This document shows, in pieces, positions 1 to 11,905 of a stretch of DNA of 39,737 bases. A program made the position numbers and the translations under genes. Every line of letters begins with the position of its first letter. Within the stretch, counting starts at the first letter, position 1. The notes under the pieces are model-generated. The model had not been told where the DNA came from, searched no databases, and saw only the letters and a list, made by a program, of their open reading frames with translations. The DNA lies in NCBI GenBank assembly GCA_032718475.1, contig JAUCBJ010008353.1, positions 1-39,737 of the forward strand, given 5' to 3'. Source of the stretch: Nemertoderma westbladi. Taxonomy: Eukaryota > Animalia > Xenacoelomorpha.

Positions 1-562
1 TAGTACTGTGCAAAGGGAATCTAGAGGTGGTTTCTGGGAGCACAGGTGTCTCTAGCACTGAAGGGGTGTCTTCGAGAACAGGCCCAATTATTTCAGGCTC
101 ATCTGTTATAATAGGGAGCCTTTTTATAGCAATAATTTGGTCTCTGGGTTCAAGATTACCTAAGTCTACACTATCCAGTTGCATTATCACCTCAGGAGGT
201 AACGTCCGCTTGAGCATCCGTCTACGTCCGCTTGAACGAGATTTATTAACTCTACCTTCGGGATCTCTCATATCACCTTCATCGGAGGAGGCAAATCCCT
301 GGCTTCTGGAGGTATATCGACTCAGGAACCGCATCTGAGCTGCAACCATAGCTGTCCTTTGTTTTTCCAGCTCTAGTTGGGTGGTCTCTTCAGATGCCTT
401 CCGTTCTGCTTCTGCCACTGCCTCTGCCGCTGCTACTTTTCTTTCCGCTTCTGCTGTTGCCATTGCCTCTGCCACCTTCTTTTCAAGACACTGTCCAAGT
501 CTAAGACTCATTCTAACACCTTCCAAAAGACTATCTGACAGTGCCCGTTTTGTGTCAGACAT
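1..562 (-). CDS. Partial ORF (>187 aa, runs off left edge): N-terminal Ala/Glu-rich coiled coil, then basic and Pro/Glu-rich segments; possibly gag/ORF1-like
   Basis: Manual translation from ATG at 562 is stop-free to base 1: MSDTKRALSDSLLEGVRMSLRLGQCLEKKVAEAMATAEAERKVAAAEAVAEAERKASEETTQLELEKQRTAMVAAQMRF...ETPVLPETTSRFPLHST. Missed by the ORF track because there is no stop in the window. Identity not recognised. Confidence 0.55.
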   Translation of the reverse strand, partial: MSDTKRALSDSLLEGVRMSLRLGQCLEKKVAEAMATAEAERKVAAAEAVAEAERKASEETTQLELEKQRTAMVAAQMRFLSRYTSRSQGFASSDEGDMRDPEGRVNKSRSSGRRRMLKRTLPPEVIMQLDSVDLGNLEPRDQIIAIKRLPIITDEPEIIGPVLEDTPSVLETPVLPETTSRFPLHST

Positions 563-699
563 TTTTTGTTTGTACAGTTGAATGCCTACTGCTATATTAC
601 AGTTAAAGCAAGTCTAGTAATTCAGTATCACTGCTAGCCTAGTAATCAATTACCGATACTGCTACTCAGTGTAACGTGGTATATATATAAAATATATTA

Positions 700-948
700 G
701 AATACCGGTATGCTTATAGTATATATAAGTATTATTACAGACGAGATTTGTCACAGAGTACCGGTATATAAATTTAGCACAAATATATATAAATATATAA
801 TAGGCCTATAGTGAATACCGGTATACAGCTTACACTTATAGTATATATAAGTATAATTATGAACTAGAATTAATTACAGAGTACCGGTATGATTTCAGCT
901 CAAATTTATAGAAATAAATATAATAAGCCTATGGTAAATACTGGTATG
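700..948. repeat. Diverged ~122-bp tandem repeat, ~2 copies
   Basis: cttatagtatatataagta at ~714/835, cagagtaccggtat at ~754/877, taata(g/a)gcctat..t.aatac.ggta at ~798/921. Confidence 0.8.
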
Positions 949-1904
949 TCAATTATTTTAGAATAATTGAATTTCTGAATATTTTAGGGTTACTTGGTTA
1001 CTTTAACTTACTTTATTACCGTTATTTAAGCAGTAGTCCAACTGATATTGAGACCTAGTTGTTGTATGGCAGGCCTACTATTTATAAATCGTTTGAGTTG
1101 ATTTATAATATTTATATACCCGTTTAAAATGGGTTTTTGTCAATATTTGAAATAAATGTTATTATTTCTGGGGGAGTCACTACACAGAAGCTGAACGCCT
1201 CTCAGTGAAGTGCTATTTATTTGACACTAAAACTGATAATTCTAATTTACCTAAGTTACTTAATACTACAAATTACTTACGATACGGGTGAGATTAATTC
1301 TCTAATTAAACACAACAAAATATTACGTACGAAATTTTTAGGGTAATTTTACAGGAAGTCTACAAACCAGTCCAACAAAGGGTTAGATTTCTGGTTATTA
1401 CAAAGGACAGGGTACTACGGTATTTAAATAATAAGTAGTAGTAAATATATTGTACTGTCCAGATAGGAAAATACCACCGCCTGACGACCTATAACCGTAT
1501 CGCTATAGGTACTACGTTATGTATCACGGATTGTTCCTACCCAGAAGCTAATAGAGCTAACGAATGTGCCTATCAACCACTTTACAACACAAATATACTG
1601 CCTACACTAATTACTTCGGAAAGCACTGTACACTAAACCCTAAATTAGGTACAAGTACCGGTATAACAAATAATCAGTAGTTAAATATACTTGAACAGTT
1701 AAAAGAACCACGGCATCTGCTGGAGTGACCGAAGCACAAAATCTCCAGTCTTTACCTACGCCGAGCAGCCCTGATGTAGTACCGGGGTTAGTTTAACTAT
1801 AACGGTATGTATAACAAGCACAATTACTGTAGGAATAAACTTGGGGACATGAATGTTGCGAATAATCGCATAAACTATGAATAATAAATATTACGCTACC
1901 CGTA

Positions 1905-2455
1905 CAGAATACTGAAACAAATACAAACCAAACGCTGGCAAACTACTATCAAGCCTAAACAAACTACAGTATGTGCAGATTCTGAAACTGTTAGTTAGTA
2001 TGCGTTCTAACACGGTAGTACGACTTACTCTTTAAGAGGGGATTGACCTTACAGCTTATGGCTGCCCCAACTTACTAACGGCACTTTATCAGACCAACTC
2101 TACACACGCAGCAATCCCTTCAGACCTAAAAATAGCTAGACAACAATCCAGCCTACAAATATTTGAGTAATAACTATTACGGTACCTGAACAGACCACAC
2201 AAACAAACACAGGCTAAAACACTGACAGACTACAATCAAGCCTAAATAAACTACAGTATATGCAGATTCTGAAACTGTTAGTTAGTATGCGTTCTAACAC
2301 GGTAGTACGACTTATTCTTTAAGAGGGGATTGACCTTCAGCATATGGCTGCCCCAACTTACTAACGGCACTTTATCAGACCAACTCTACACACACCGCAA
2401 TCTCTCCAAACTCAACAACAGTCAGACAGCAGCTCAGCCTACAATTATCTGAACA
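1905..2455. repeat. 287-bp direct tandem duplication
   Basis: aagcctaaa.aaactacagtat.tgcagattctgaaactgttagttagtatgcgttctaacacggtagtacgac... at 1951 and 2238, near-identical through ...agaccaactctacacac. Confidence 0.9.
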
Positions 2456-3644
2456 ATCTGAGCAGGGTCACACGCCTTCTGCTCAATATTAGCCTACTAG
2501 TAAATAAAACCGACAGAAATAAGTAAACTATACAAAAGAATGAGGGGTGATCAATCCCTATTCCCCTGGCAGCCTACAATATACAATAGATCACAATCGA
2601 AATAATACTAAATGTACTTGTACAGCAGTACCGGTACCGGTGATGACAGTTAGGCCTACAGACCTACAGAAGCACCGGTTCAGTTTTACCAGTCACTACG
2701 GTATTTTGCAACCTTATTGCCTACTGCAATAAGATTATAAACTGTTACTGTTCGACAGAACAGTATTAAACTGTATTTAATGCTTACACTGCAATACAAG
2801 ATAACTGTTACTGTTCGCGCTTTTGAAGACCTTTAGCAGTTTAACCTGCCAAAATTTATATGTCTTTTAGTTAATTAACACACCTTTAGCATACGACAAT
2901 ATTTTATGCTAATAAACAAAACATTAGCCGAAGCCAGCCCATTCACCCGATGGATCTACACCCGGGAGGCTGAATTCGGATGCTTAGATTTTATTATTGC
3001 AGTGTAAGGTTGCAGTGTAAACCTATTGTATTATTCGATAGATCACTAATAATTAATTTCTGACAGATATTATTAACTTTCGGGAAATATTAACAGTTCC
3101 TTTAGGACGTGGCGCTCTATCTATTTAAACAGAGCTAGGACTTATACTAAACGCAACGATAAGGCTTATGATTAAAGTATAAGTCGCATTCTTTAGGAAA
3201 TGCTTTGTTACCAGTCACATCACACTCACAATCATGCACACTATTCTGCCGACCGTCAGTATATTTGATCACACATAAAGAGAACAGCAATTGACTCAGG
3301 TAGTGTCTACTAAATAACATTAGATTCAATACACACCACATTGATATAAATCGCAATTGTTATATATAGCCCGCCTCTCTAACCTGTAGTGTATCAAGAA
3401 AATTGGGAATTTTGGGTGATTTATCCGTATTCTCCAAAGAGCAATATTTCCATCAACAAATAGATACAATTAATAACTGACGGTAAATAGCAGTACAAAC
3501 AATATGATTAGTGCAGTTAAATTAAGTGAGGTAACACCGCCGGTAACAGTTATACTTTCTATAATCTAAGCAGTTTTACTAGAGTTCTTAGAGCCGGTGT
3601 TTCTGGCTTAGACAGCAATAACAACAAAGTATCAAGTAAAAACA

Positions 3645-3750
3645 GTAAGACTGAACACTCTCCTTATGATCGGCCGAAAAGCTACACGTCGACAGGAAAA
3701 ATCGCTCTGATTGGCTCAAGCCAAACAAAGAACCATGCATCCAATGGCTG
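3645..3750 (-). promoter_or_regulatory. Candidate Pol II promoter (CCAAT boxes plus Inr-like TTCAGTCT) facing the 1-562 ORF
   Basis: AGCCAATCAG on the minus strand at 3707-3716, a second CCAAT at 3741 on plus, and minus-strand TTCAGTCT at ~3648-3655, about 55-60 bp downstream. Motif match only. Confidence 0.3.
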
Positions 3751-4050
3751 TTTCCATGTCAGCAACCAGCTGTTAGATGTCGTAATATGAATCATCACGG
3801 CTAAGCTGTGAAAGGTAGTTGGTGCATTGCAGGTTTTTTGCCTTACCATGTCCGCCAAAACACGTATATAGCAGAATGACTTTTATGTCCGTTAAAACAC
3901 CTGTAACGGTACCTTGCGGGCGAGGGGAATATATATACAGTTAGAGAACCTTTTTAGAGTATTCCAGCGCCTGGGGGGAAACTGGATTGCGAAGCAAAAG
4001 GGGCCAGTTATATCCCACAGAAGCTTTTACACAGTCAGAGGGCAGATGAT

Positions 4051-5700
4051 GATCTTGACCCAGATACAAATTTTTACCACAACATAAAATGTAAGTACCA
4101 CTCAGATTTTTCACAACTAAATAATTCCTTGGACTTTTCATTTCTCCATATAAATATACGTAGTAAAAACTGAATAAAAATTTATCAAATCTTGAAAACA
4201 TGTTACATTGCATATCTTCCCCTCTACGTATTATTGGAAACGACGTAACTAGAACTGTAATGTGTATAAACAACAAAAAATCAGTGGGACTTGATGGTAT
4301 TGATCCAACTGTGGCTCGAGCGGCAATATCTAAAATTGCAGGTCCTTTAACATACATAATACATTTATCACTTGTAAACAGGATAGTGCCTGACCCATTG
4401 ACATGTTCTAAAATTGTACCAGAATTCAAAGGTGGGGATAAAAACCTATTAGTAAATTATCGGCCTGTTAGTGTTTTGCCGTATTTTTCTAAAATTCTTG
4501 AAAAGGTTATGTGCACTCAACTGCTGGGATTTATTAAAAAAGAAAACATTTTATGTTGTGATCAGTTTGGATTCCAACCCAAAAAATCTGTAGAATTAGG
4601 TTTATCAACTTTCATTCACGATCTTGCAATTCAAAATTATGATAATAATATTACAGTAGGTTTGTTCCACGACCTATCCAAGGCATTTGACATGGTTAAT
4701 CTGAACATTACGGTATCCGTGGTACTCCCTTGGATTGATTTAGGAGCTACTTATCAAACCGTCAGCAAAAGGTACAACTTTTATCGTCCATTTCAGATTC
4801 TAAAACTATAAAATGTGGAGTGCCACAAGGTTCCATATTGGAACCAATATTATTCCTCTTATATATAAATGATAGTACAGAAAGTTCCCCTCTTTTAAAA
4901 TTAGTCATTTTTGCCAATGAAACATATGTCTTCCGATCGGGAACTGAGATTAACAAAATTATTGATGAATTAAATAACGAATTGCAAAACGTATACAATT
5001 GGCTGGCATCTACTAAATTATCTATAAATCTTAACAAAACGAAATTAATGGTTTTTTCCAATAGAAATACTAATATAGTTAAGCCAGTTTATATTAATGG
5101 CAGTTAAATTAAACAAGTTACCGAAATCACATTCAATACATCAGATTAAAGATTGCCCAAAACGCAGGAATTCTGGGCAGGATTAAACACTTTTGCCATA
5201 TAAAATTCGCCTCACTTTGTATAACACACTTATCCACCCATACATGTTCACGCTAACTATATAGGGTAACGCTAGCGAGGCCAACAGTACTGCGACAAAT
5301 CCCATCTTACTACTACAGTACAAAAAAAGGAAATATGTTATGTACATCTAAAACACTGGCAACATCATACGAATGAACTATTTTCGACCCAGCAAGAATT
5401 ACAGCTCCCGAAGTTATACATTTTACAAAGTCTTATTTTTATGTACAAATTTATGATGGGACAACTTGACTTGCCACAAAATCTCAAATCAATTCTAATA
5501 TTAAATAAACAACCTCACAATCATAACACCCACACCAGTAATAATATACATCTTCCTCTGTATCGATAATCGTCAACCCAGTCTATAGTGAGTTATGACG
5601 GTCCATTACACTGGCAACTACCAATGTCACTCCGCTGGCATCCTACTATTTACCAATTTAAACGAAATTTGAAAAATACTCTATTAAATAAAAAAATAGC
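4051..5700 (+). pseudogene. CR1/L2-group (Crack/Daphne-like) LINE ORF2 relic with large internal deletion
   Basis: DLDPDTNF..CKY and FSFLHINIRS (APE start, ~4051-4165) run directly into RT motifs KSVGLDGI, NYRPVSVLPYFSKILEK, QFGF, DLSKAFD, PQGSILEP.LFLLYIND, IFANET (decayed FADDT), NKLSINLNKT-like; multiple frameshifts and stops. Confidence 0.9.
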
Positions 5701-5875
5701 ATTAAAAGGTTCTGGGTGATTATTCATGAATGTCACAAACAGTTCATTTAATTTATTTACTTTAATAAATCCAACTTATAATATAATCTTATTAACGGAT
5801 TAATTTCTAGACTTGCCAGGTGCCTTATAAGCTTGCTTCCAATGTTTGGCCAGATCTCTGTTGGTATCACTCAGA

Positions 5876-5943
5876 TGTGGGGGGGGGGGGGGGGGGGGGT
5901 AGATAGGCAGTAGATAAGGAAGGAGGGGGGGGGGGGGGGGGGT
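5876..5943 (+). repeat. Two poly-G tracts (~20 nt each), G-quadruplex-capable
   Basis: Direct reading of G runs at ~5879-5899 and ~5925-5943. Confidence 0.9.
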
Positions 5944-6134
5944 TGTCTTTAAAAGACTTAATTGTTATACATAATTGTAAAATTTTTAATTTAAATTGTA
6001 ATTGGTAAATATAATGGTATGTGCAAGCCTTCCCAAACCTCATCCTTATCACGGCAGCTTATAAAGTTTTTTTAATGATTGATCCCAAGTAGTCATGATG
6101 TAATCATTTCTAGGGTCGATAGATCCCAGAAAAT

Positions 6135-6745
6135 TTAGATCTCGTGAGGTAGGTCTTTAGATCTCGTGAGGTAGGTCTTTAGATCTCGTGAGGTAGGTCT
6201 TTAGATCTCGTGAGGAAGGTCTTTAGATCTCGTGAGGTAGGTCTTTAGATCTCGTGAGGAAGGTCTTTAGATCTCGTGAGGAAGGTCTTTAGATCTCGTG
6301 AGATTGGTCTTTAGATATCGTGAGGTAGGTCTTTAGATCTCGTGAGGTAGGTCTTTAGATCTCGTGAGGAAGGTCTTTAGATCTCGTGAGGTAGGTCTTT
6401 AGATCTCGTGAGGAAGGTCTTTAGATCTCGTGAGGAAGGTCTTTAGATCTCGTGAGATTGGTCTTTAGATATCGTGAGGTAGGTCTTTAGATCTCGTGAG
6501 GTAGGTCTTTAGATCTCGTGAGGTAGGTCTTTAGATCTCGTGAGGTAGGTCTTTAGATCTCGTGAGGAAGGTCTTTAGATCTCGTGAGGTAGGTCTTTAG
6601 ATATCGTGAGGTAGGTCTTTAGATCTCGTGAGGTAGGACTTTAGATCTCGTGAGGTAGGTCTTTAGATCTCGTGAGATAGGTCTTTAGATCTCGTGAGGT
6701 AGGTCTTTAGATCTCGTGAGGTAGGTCTTTAGATCTCGTGAGGTA
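6135..6745. repeat. 22-bp minisatellite (TTAGATCTCGTGAGGTAGGTCT)n, ~28 copies
   Basis: AGATCT recurs at 6137, 6159, 6181...; variant block gagattggtctttagatatcg recurs 154 bp (7 units) apart. Confidence 0.98.
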
Positions 6746-6755
6746 GAGGTGAGGT

Positions 6756-9252
6756 AGTTTGTTTTAGAACAGCTCAGTACATACCAGTTTGTTTTAGAAC
6801 AGCTCAGTACATACCAGTTTGTTTTAGAACAGCTCAGTACATACCAGTTTGTTTTCGAGCAGCTCAGTACATACCAGTTTGTTTTAGAACAGCTCAGTAT
6901 ATACCAGTTTGTTTTAGAACAGCTCAGTACATACCAGTTTGTTTTAGAACAGCTCAGTACATACCAGTTTGTTTTAGAACAGTACATATGATATAGAACA
7001 GCTCACTACATACCAGTTTGTTTTAGAACAGCTCAGTACATACCAGTTTGTTTTAGAACAGCTCAGTACATACCAGTTTGTTTTAGAACAGCTCAGTACA
7101 TACCAGTTTGTTTTAGAACAGCTCAGTACATACCAGTTTGTTTTAGAACAGCTCAGTACATACTAGTTTGTTTTCGAGCAGCTCAGTACATACCAGTTTG
7201 TTTTAGAACAGCTCAGTATATACCAGTTTGTTTTAGAACAGCTCAGTACATACCAGTTTGTTTTAGAACAGCTCAGTACATACCAGTTTGTTTTAGAACA
7301 GCTCAGTACATACCAGTTTGTTTTAGAACAGCTCAGTACATACCAGTTTGTTTTAGAACAGCTCAGTACATACCAGTTTGTTTTAGAACAGCTCAGTACA
7401 TACCAGTTTGTTTTAGAACAGCTCAGTACATACCAGTTTGTTTTAGAACAGCTCAGTACATACTAGTTTGTTTTCGAGCAGCTCAGTACATACCAGTTTG
7501 TTTTAGAACAGCTCAGTACATACCAGTTTGTTTTAGAACAGCTCAGTACATACCAGTTTGTTTTAGAACAGCTCAGTACATACCAGTTTGTTTTAGAACA
7601 GCTCAGTACATACCAGTTTGTTTTAGAACAGCTCAGTACATACCAGTTTGTTTTAGAACAGCTCAGTATATACCAGTTTGTTTTAGAACAGCTCAGTACA
7701 TACCAGTTTGTTTTAGAACAGCTCAGTACATACCAGTTTGTTTTCGAGCAGCTCAGTACATACCAGTTTGTTTTAGAACAGCTCAGTACATACCAGTTTG
7801 TTTTAGAACAGCTCAGTACATACCAGTTTGTTTTAGAACAGCTCAGTACATACCAGTTTGTTTTAGAACAGCTCAGTACATACCAGTTTGTTTTAGAACA
7901 GCTCAGTACATACCAGTTTGTTTTAGAACAGCTCAGTATATACCAGTTTGTTTTAGAACAGCTCAGTACATACCAGTTTGTTTTAGAACAGCTCAGTACA
8001 TACCAGTTTGTTTTAGAACAGCTCAGTATATACCAGTTTGTTTTAGAACAGCTCAGTACATACCAGTTTGTTTTAGAACAGCTCAGTACATACCAGTTTG
8101 TTTTAGAACAGCTCAGTATATACCAGTTTGTTTTAGAACAGCTCAGTACATACCAGTTTGTTTTAGAACAGCTCAGTATATACCAGTTTGTTTTAGAACA
8201 GCTCAGTACATACCAGTTTGTTTTAGAACAGCTCAGTACATACCAGTTTGTTTTAGAACAGCTCAGTACATACCAGTTTGTTTTAGAACAGCTCAGTACA
8301 TACCAGTTTGTTTTAGAACAGCTCAGTACATACCAGTTTGTTTTAGAACAGCTCAGTACATACCAGTTTGTTTTAGAACAGCTCAGTACATACCAGTTTG
8401 TTTTAGAACAGCTCAGTACATACCAGTTTGTTTTAGAACAGCTCAGTACATACCAGTTTGTTTTAGAACAGCTCAGTACATACCAGTTTGTTTTAGAACA
8501 GCTCAGTACATACCAGTTTGTTTTAGAACAGCTCAGTACATACCAGTTTGTTTTAGAACAGCTCAGTACATACCAGTTTGTTTTAGAACAGCTCAGTACA
8601 TACCAGTTTGTTTTAGAACAGCTCAGTACATACCAGTTTGTTTTAGAACAGCTCAGTACATACCAGTTTGTTTTAGAACAGCTCAGTACATACCAGTTTG
8701 TTTTAGAACAGCTCAGTACATACCAGTTTGTTTTAGAACAGCTCAGTACATACCAGTTTGTTTTAGAACAGCTCAGTACATACCAGTTTGTTTTAGAACA
8801 GCTCAGTACATACCAGTTTGTTTTAGAACAGCTCAGTACATACCAGTTTGTTTTAGAACAGCTCAGTACATACCAGTTTGTTTTAGAACAGCTCAGTACA
8901 TACCAGTTTGTTTTAGAACAGCTCAGTACATACCAGTTTGTTTTAGAACAGCTCAGTACATACCAGTTTGTTTTCGAACAGCTCAGTACATACCAGTTTG
9001 TTTTAGAACAGCTCAGTACATACCAGTTTGTTTTAGAACAGCTCAGTACATACCAGTTTGTTTTAGAACAGCTCAGTACATACCAGTTTGTTTTAGAACA
9101 GCTCAGTACATACCAGTTTGTTTTAGAACAGCTCAGTACATACCAGTTTGTTTTAGAACAGCTCAGTACATACCAGTTTGTTTTAGAACAGCTCAGTATA
9201 TACCAGTTTGTTTTAGAACAGAACATATGATATAGAACAGCTCACTACATAC
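6756..9252. repeat. 30-bp satellite (TTAGAACAGCTCAGTACATACCAGTTTGTT)n, ~82 near-identical copies
   Basis: Strict 30-bp period; interruption catatgatatagaacagctcactacatac at ~6985 recurs as the array end at ~9224. Confidence 0.99.
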
Positions 9253-9477
9253 GGACATTGTTCAGTGGCTGTGGGGCGCTAATGACTATGACTTAGCAAC
9301 ACTGTGTCACAAGAAAATAAAATTCACCTTTCCGAGGAACAAAGTTCTTCAAGAATTAGTTTTATAGGGAAGCAGGAACTTAAGACAAACTGGTTCTAAA
9401 GATTGCGGCATCAAAATACTCAAGGGATCAAAAGACTTTGGGAACTAAATACCCAATGGAATCAGAGATATGTGTTG

Positions 9478-9526
9478 CTATTAATACCGGGCTATAAAAT
9501 GTTGTACAAATAGGTGGGGGGGAGGG

Positions 9527-9563
<37 letters not shown>

Positions 9564-10957
9564 AGATTTCACTAGTCGGAATCCGACCGAAAATTTTTTT
9601 TAGAAAAATTGTACTTGGGTGGTGGTTATTTTGCAGCACCAAAATTACAAGTAGTGAACAGTTTTCATAATATTTGAAAGTTACATTTTTCGGCTAATTG
9701 TTTTTAATACAGGTTTTCTGGGGTGTAAAATCCATTAAAAATGATCTGATTACTGTAAATGGCTGTTTTAGTCCGCTATGTAAGCAAAATATGAAAAAAA
9801 CAAGTAATCAGCACTTTTCAGTTTGAACACAACATTTTTAATTCACTTATATGATGCCATAAATTCAAATTTTCAGATTTTCTGGGGGGCTGATTCTAAT
9901 GAAATACATTTCTAATTTGCCAGATCATTGCTGCTACTCGTATTGTTCGGCGTAATATGGCAAATTTTTGTGCTAGTACCAAATTTCGTACCCATCACCA
10001 AAAAGTACAGGTTTGAGATGTCCAGTGCGATTTTTATTGATTCCATCAGATTCAGCGCCCTCACAAATCCGTATAACGCAAGAAACAAGATGATACCATC
10101 TACTGATAAATTTTATTATTTTCAAAAATTTCGGTGCTGGCACAACAATTTTCACCCACCGGCGAAAAATACAAGTTTGAAAATTCTTATGCAATTTTAA
10201 CTTATTCCATTGAATTCAGAACCCTCACAAACCCGTATAACGCAAGAAACAGGTGACACAATCAATTGATATATTTGATGGTTTTCAAAATTTGGTGTTA
10301 GCACCACATTTTGCACCCACTTCCGAAAAATACAAGTTTGAGATGTCTAGTTCGATAATTATTTATTCCATTGAATTCAGAACCGCCATAAACATCTAAA
10401 ACGCGAAAAATAAGTTGTCATAAGCAATTGAACTATTGAATGTATTTTCAAAATTTCGTGCTGGCAGCAAATTTTGCACACAGCACCGAAAAATACAAGT
10501 TTTATAACCCTGGTGCAACTCGTATATATTCAATCGAAACTAGAACTAAAAAAATCCCTATTGCGCAAAAATAAGTTCAAACAATCAATTTACAAAATTG
10601 ACATATTTCAAAATGTGGTGCTGGCACCAAAATTTGTCACCCGCCGAAAAAACATAAGTTTGGAATTTCTAAATTAATTTATACCTCATTTCCATCTCAT
10701 TGCAAACACCAAAAAACCGGTGTAAATCAAAAATAGAGATGTTACAAATCATATTTTAATGAAATGTAATTTTCAAAAAATGTCACAAAAAAGTGCCAAA
10801 AATAGGGTTAAAATGGTGCTATAACTTGAAAACTGCCCAATATTTCACTATTACGACGACAACAAATTTCAGATTCCCAACTACGTTTGTTTCAGAGTTA
10901 TAACAAAAAAAACCATGGGGGCGTCATATTGACCCCCCCCCCCCGGGTTTAATAGGG
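9478..10957 (+). mobile_element. piggyBac-type non-autonomous element, copy 1 (decayed ends)
   Basis: Colinear with 24322-25881; left end ctattaataccgggctataaaatg lacks the terminal CC and TTAA; right end cccgggtttaataggg followed by TTGA; ~50-nt G tract adjoining a ~65-bp deletion. Confidence 0.85.
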
Positions 10958-11799
10958 TTGAACACCTGCGGAAACTAAATACTTCGGAATCAAATGGCCC
11001 ACAGGAACAAAGAAAGAACCCGGTATCTAAATCCCTGGCAATTCCACAAAGTAATATAATTTCCATTAATATAGTTTATAAAAATAAAACAGAAAAATAT
11101 ATACCATTCAATAATTTGTTATTCCCCATTTATGAGCGGGTTAAATATCACTTCTAATAGTGGGCTACCTAAAAAATATCACTTTTTGCCCACTGGAAAA
11201 TATCAGCTATAAAATAAAATAGCATAAAAATGGCAGTTGCTATGCAACTGCCTATTATCCTAGGCCTAGCTCTATTAGCAAATCAGATTGTCAGAACATA
11301 CCTACCGGTACCACAACACATTTTTGTATCATTATCCATTGTCTGAAATTGAAAGTACCAGACCGGTACTGTACCCAGCCTGTAGCCAGGCAGTGGGCTG
11401 ACCAGACCAAACTGCTTGGCATGGTGTAGGCTTAATACTGGTACCTGTGTGTGGTACTGTACGATTTGTCCATCACTTAATTGCTGTCCGACTGCCTGAG
11501 GGATAATGTTGCGAAGCTCTGAAGCTGTGGACTGGTGGTAACGATACAAGTCTGTACAGCAGGCTACAGTAGGTAGGCCCTACATTACATATTTCGTGCT
11601 CTTTTCTGTCTTTATGTTTAATATGTAAGTTGGACGCAGTCTTACGGAAATGAATATTGATTTTATTTGAATAATAATAAAGCTGGCTTTAAATAAAACT
11701 GTTGTTTTGTAACTACAGTAAGCTAATGATTACGGTAATGTAACACGAAATCAGTATTTTTTATATATAGGCCTAACGGAGATTTATGCGAATCCGGAA

Positions 11800-11905
11800 T
11801 GAAAATTTCCCTGGCCACCTTCCTGGACTCGAACCCACAAACATCTGGAGTCAGAGACCCGAGTTCAAGGCTCCGATTTAATTAAACTGTTAAACCACTA
11901 CACAT
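11800..11905 (-). other. tRNA-derived (SINE-head-like) segment, in tandem unit 1
   Basis: Minus strand GTGTAGTGG (A-box-like) ... GGGTTCGAGTCC (B box) ... GGCCAGGG; spacing too long for a functional tRNA. Confidence 0.5.

Noticed and set aside
27-581. Plus-strand ORFs 27..338 and 381..581
   Set aside because: Antisense shadows of the longer open minus-strand frame 562..1
2784-3020. Small Harbinger-like MITE (cttacactgcaata / tattgcagtgtaag)
   Set aside because: The 14-bp inverted repeat is real, but no convincing TSD or second copy is visible
3902-4019. Short solo LTR (TG...CA)
   Set aside because: Only ~118 bp, no second copy, primer-binding site or TSD
7463-9226. 587-aa (WYVLSCSKTN)n protein gene
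   Set aside because: Automatic consequence of a stop-free 30-bp satellite unit; no unique coding flanks, and DNA-level homogeneity is satellite-like
6135-9252. CRISPR array
   Set aside because: Units are directly abutting with no unique spacers and no cas genes; same for the arrays at 18411 and 27319
9513-9570. G-quadruplex-induced deletion in element copy 1
   Set aside because: The G tract is retained and elongated; homopolymer lengths may be sequencing artefacts and a single case is not diagnostic
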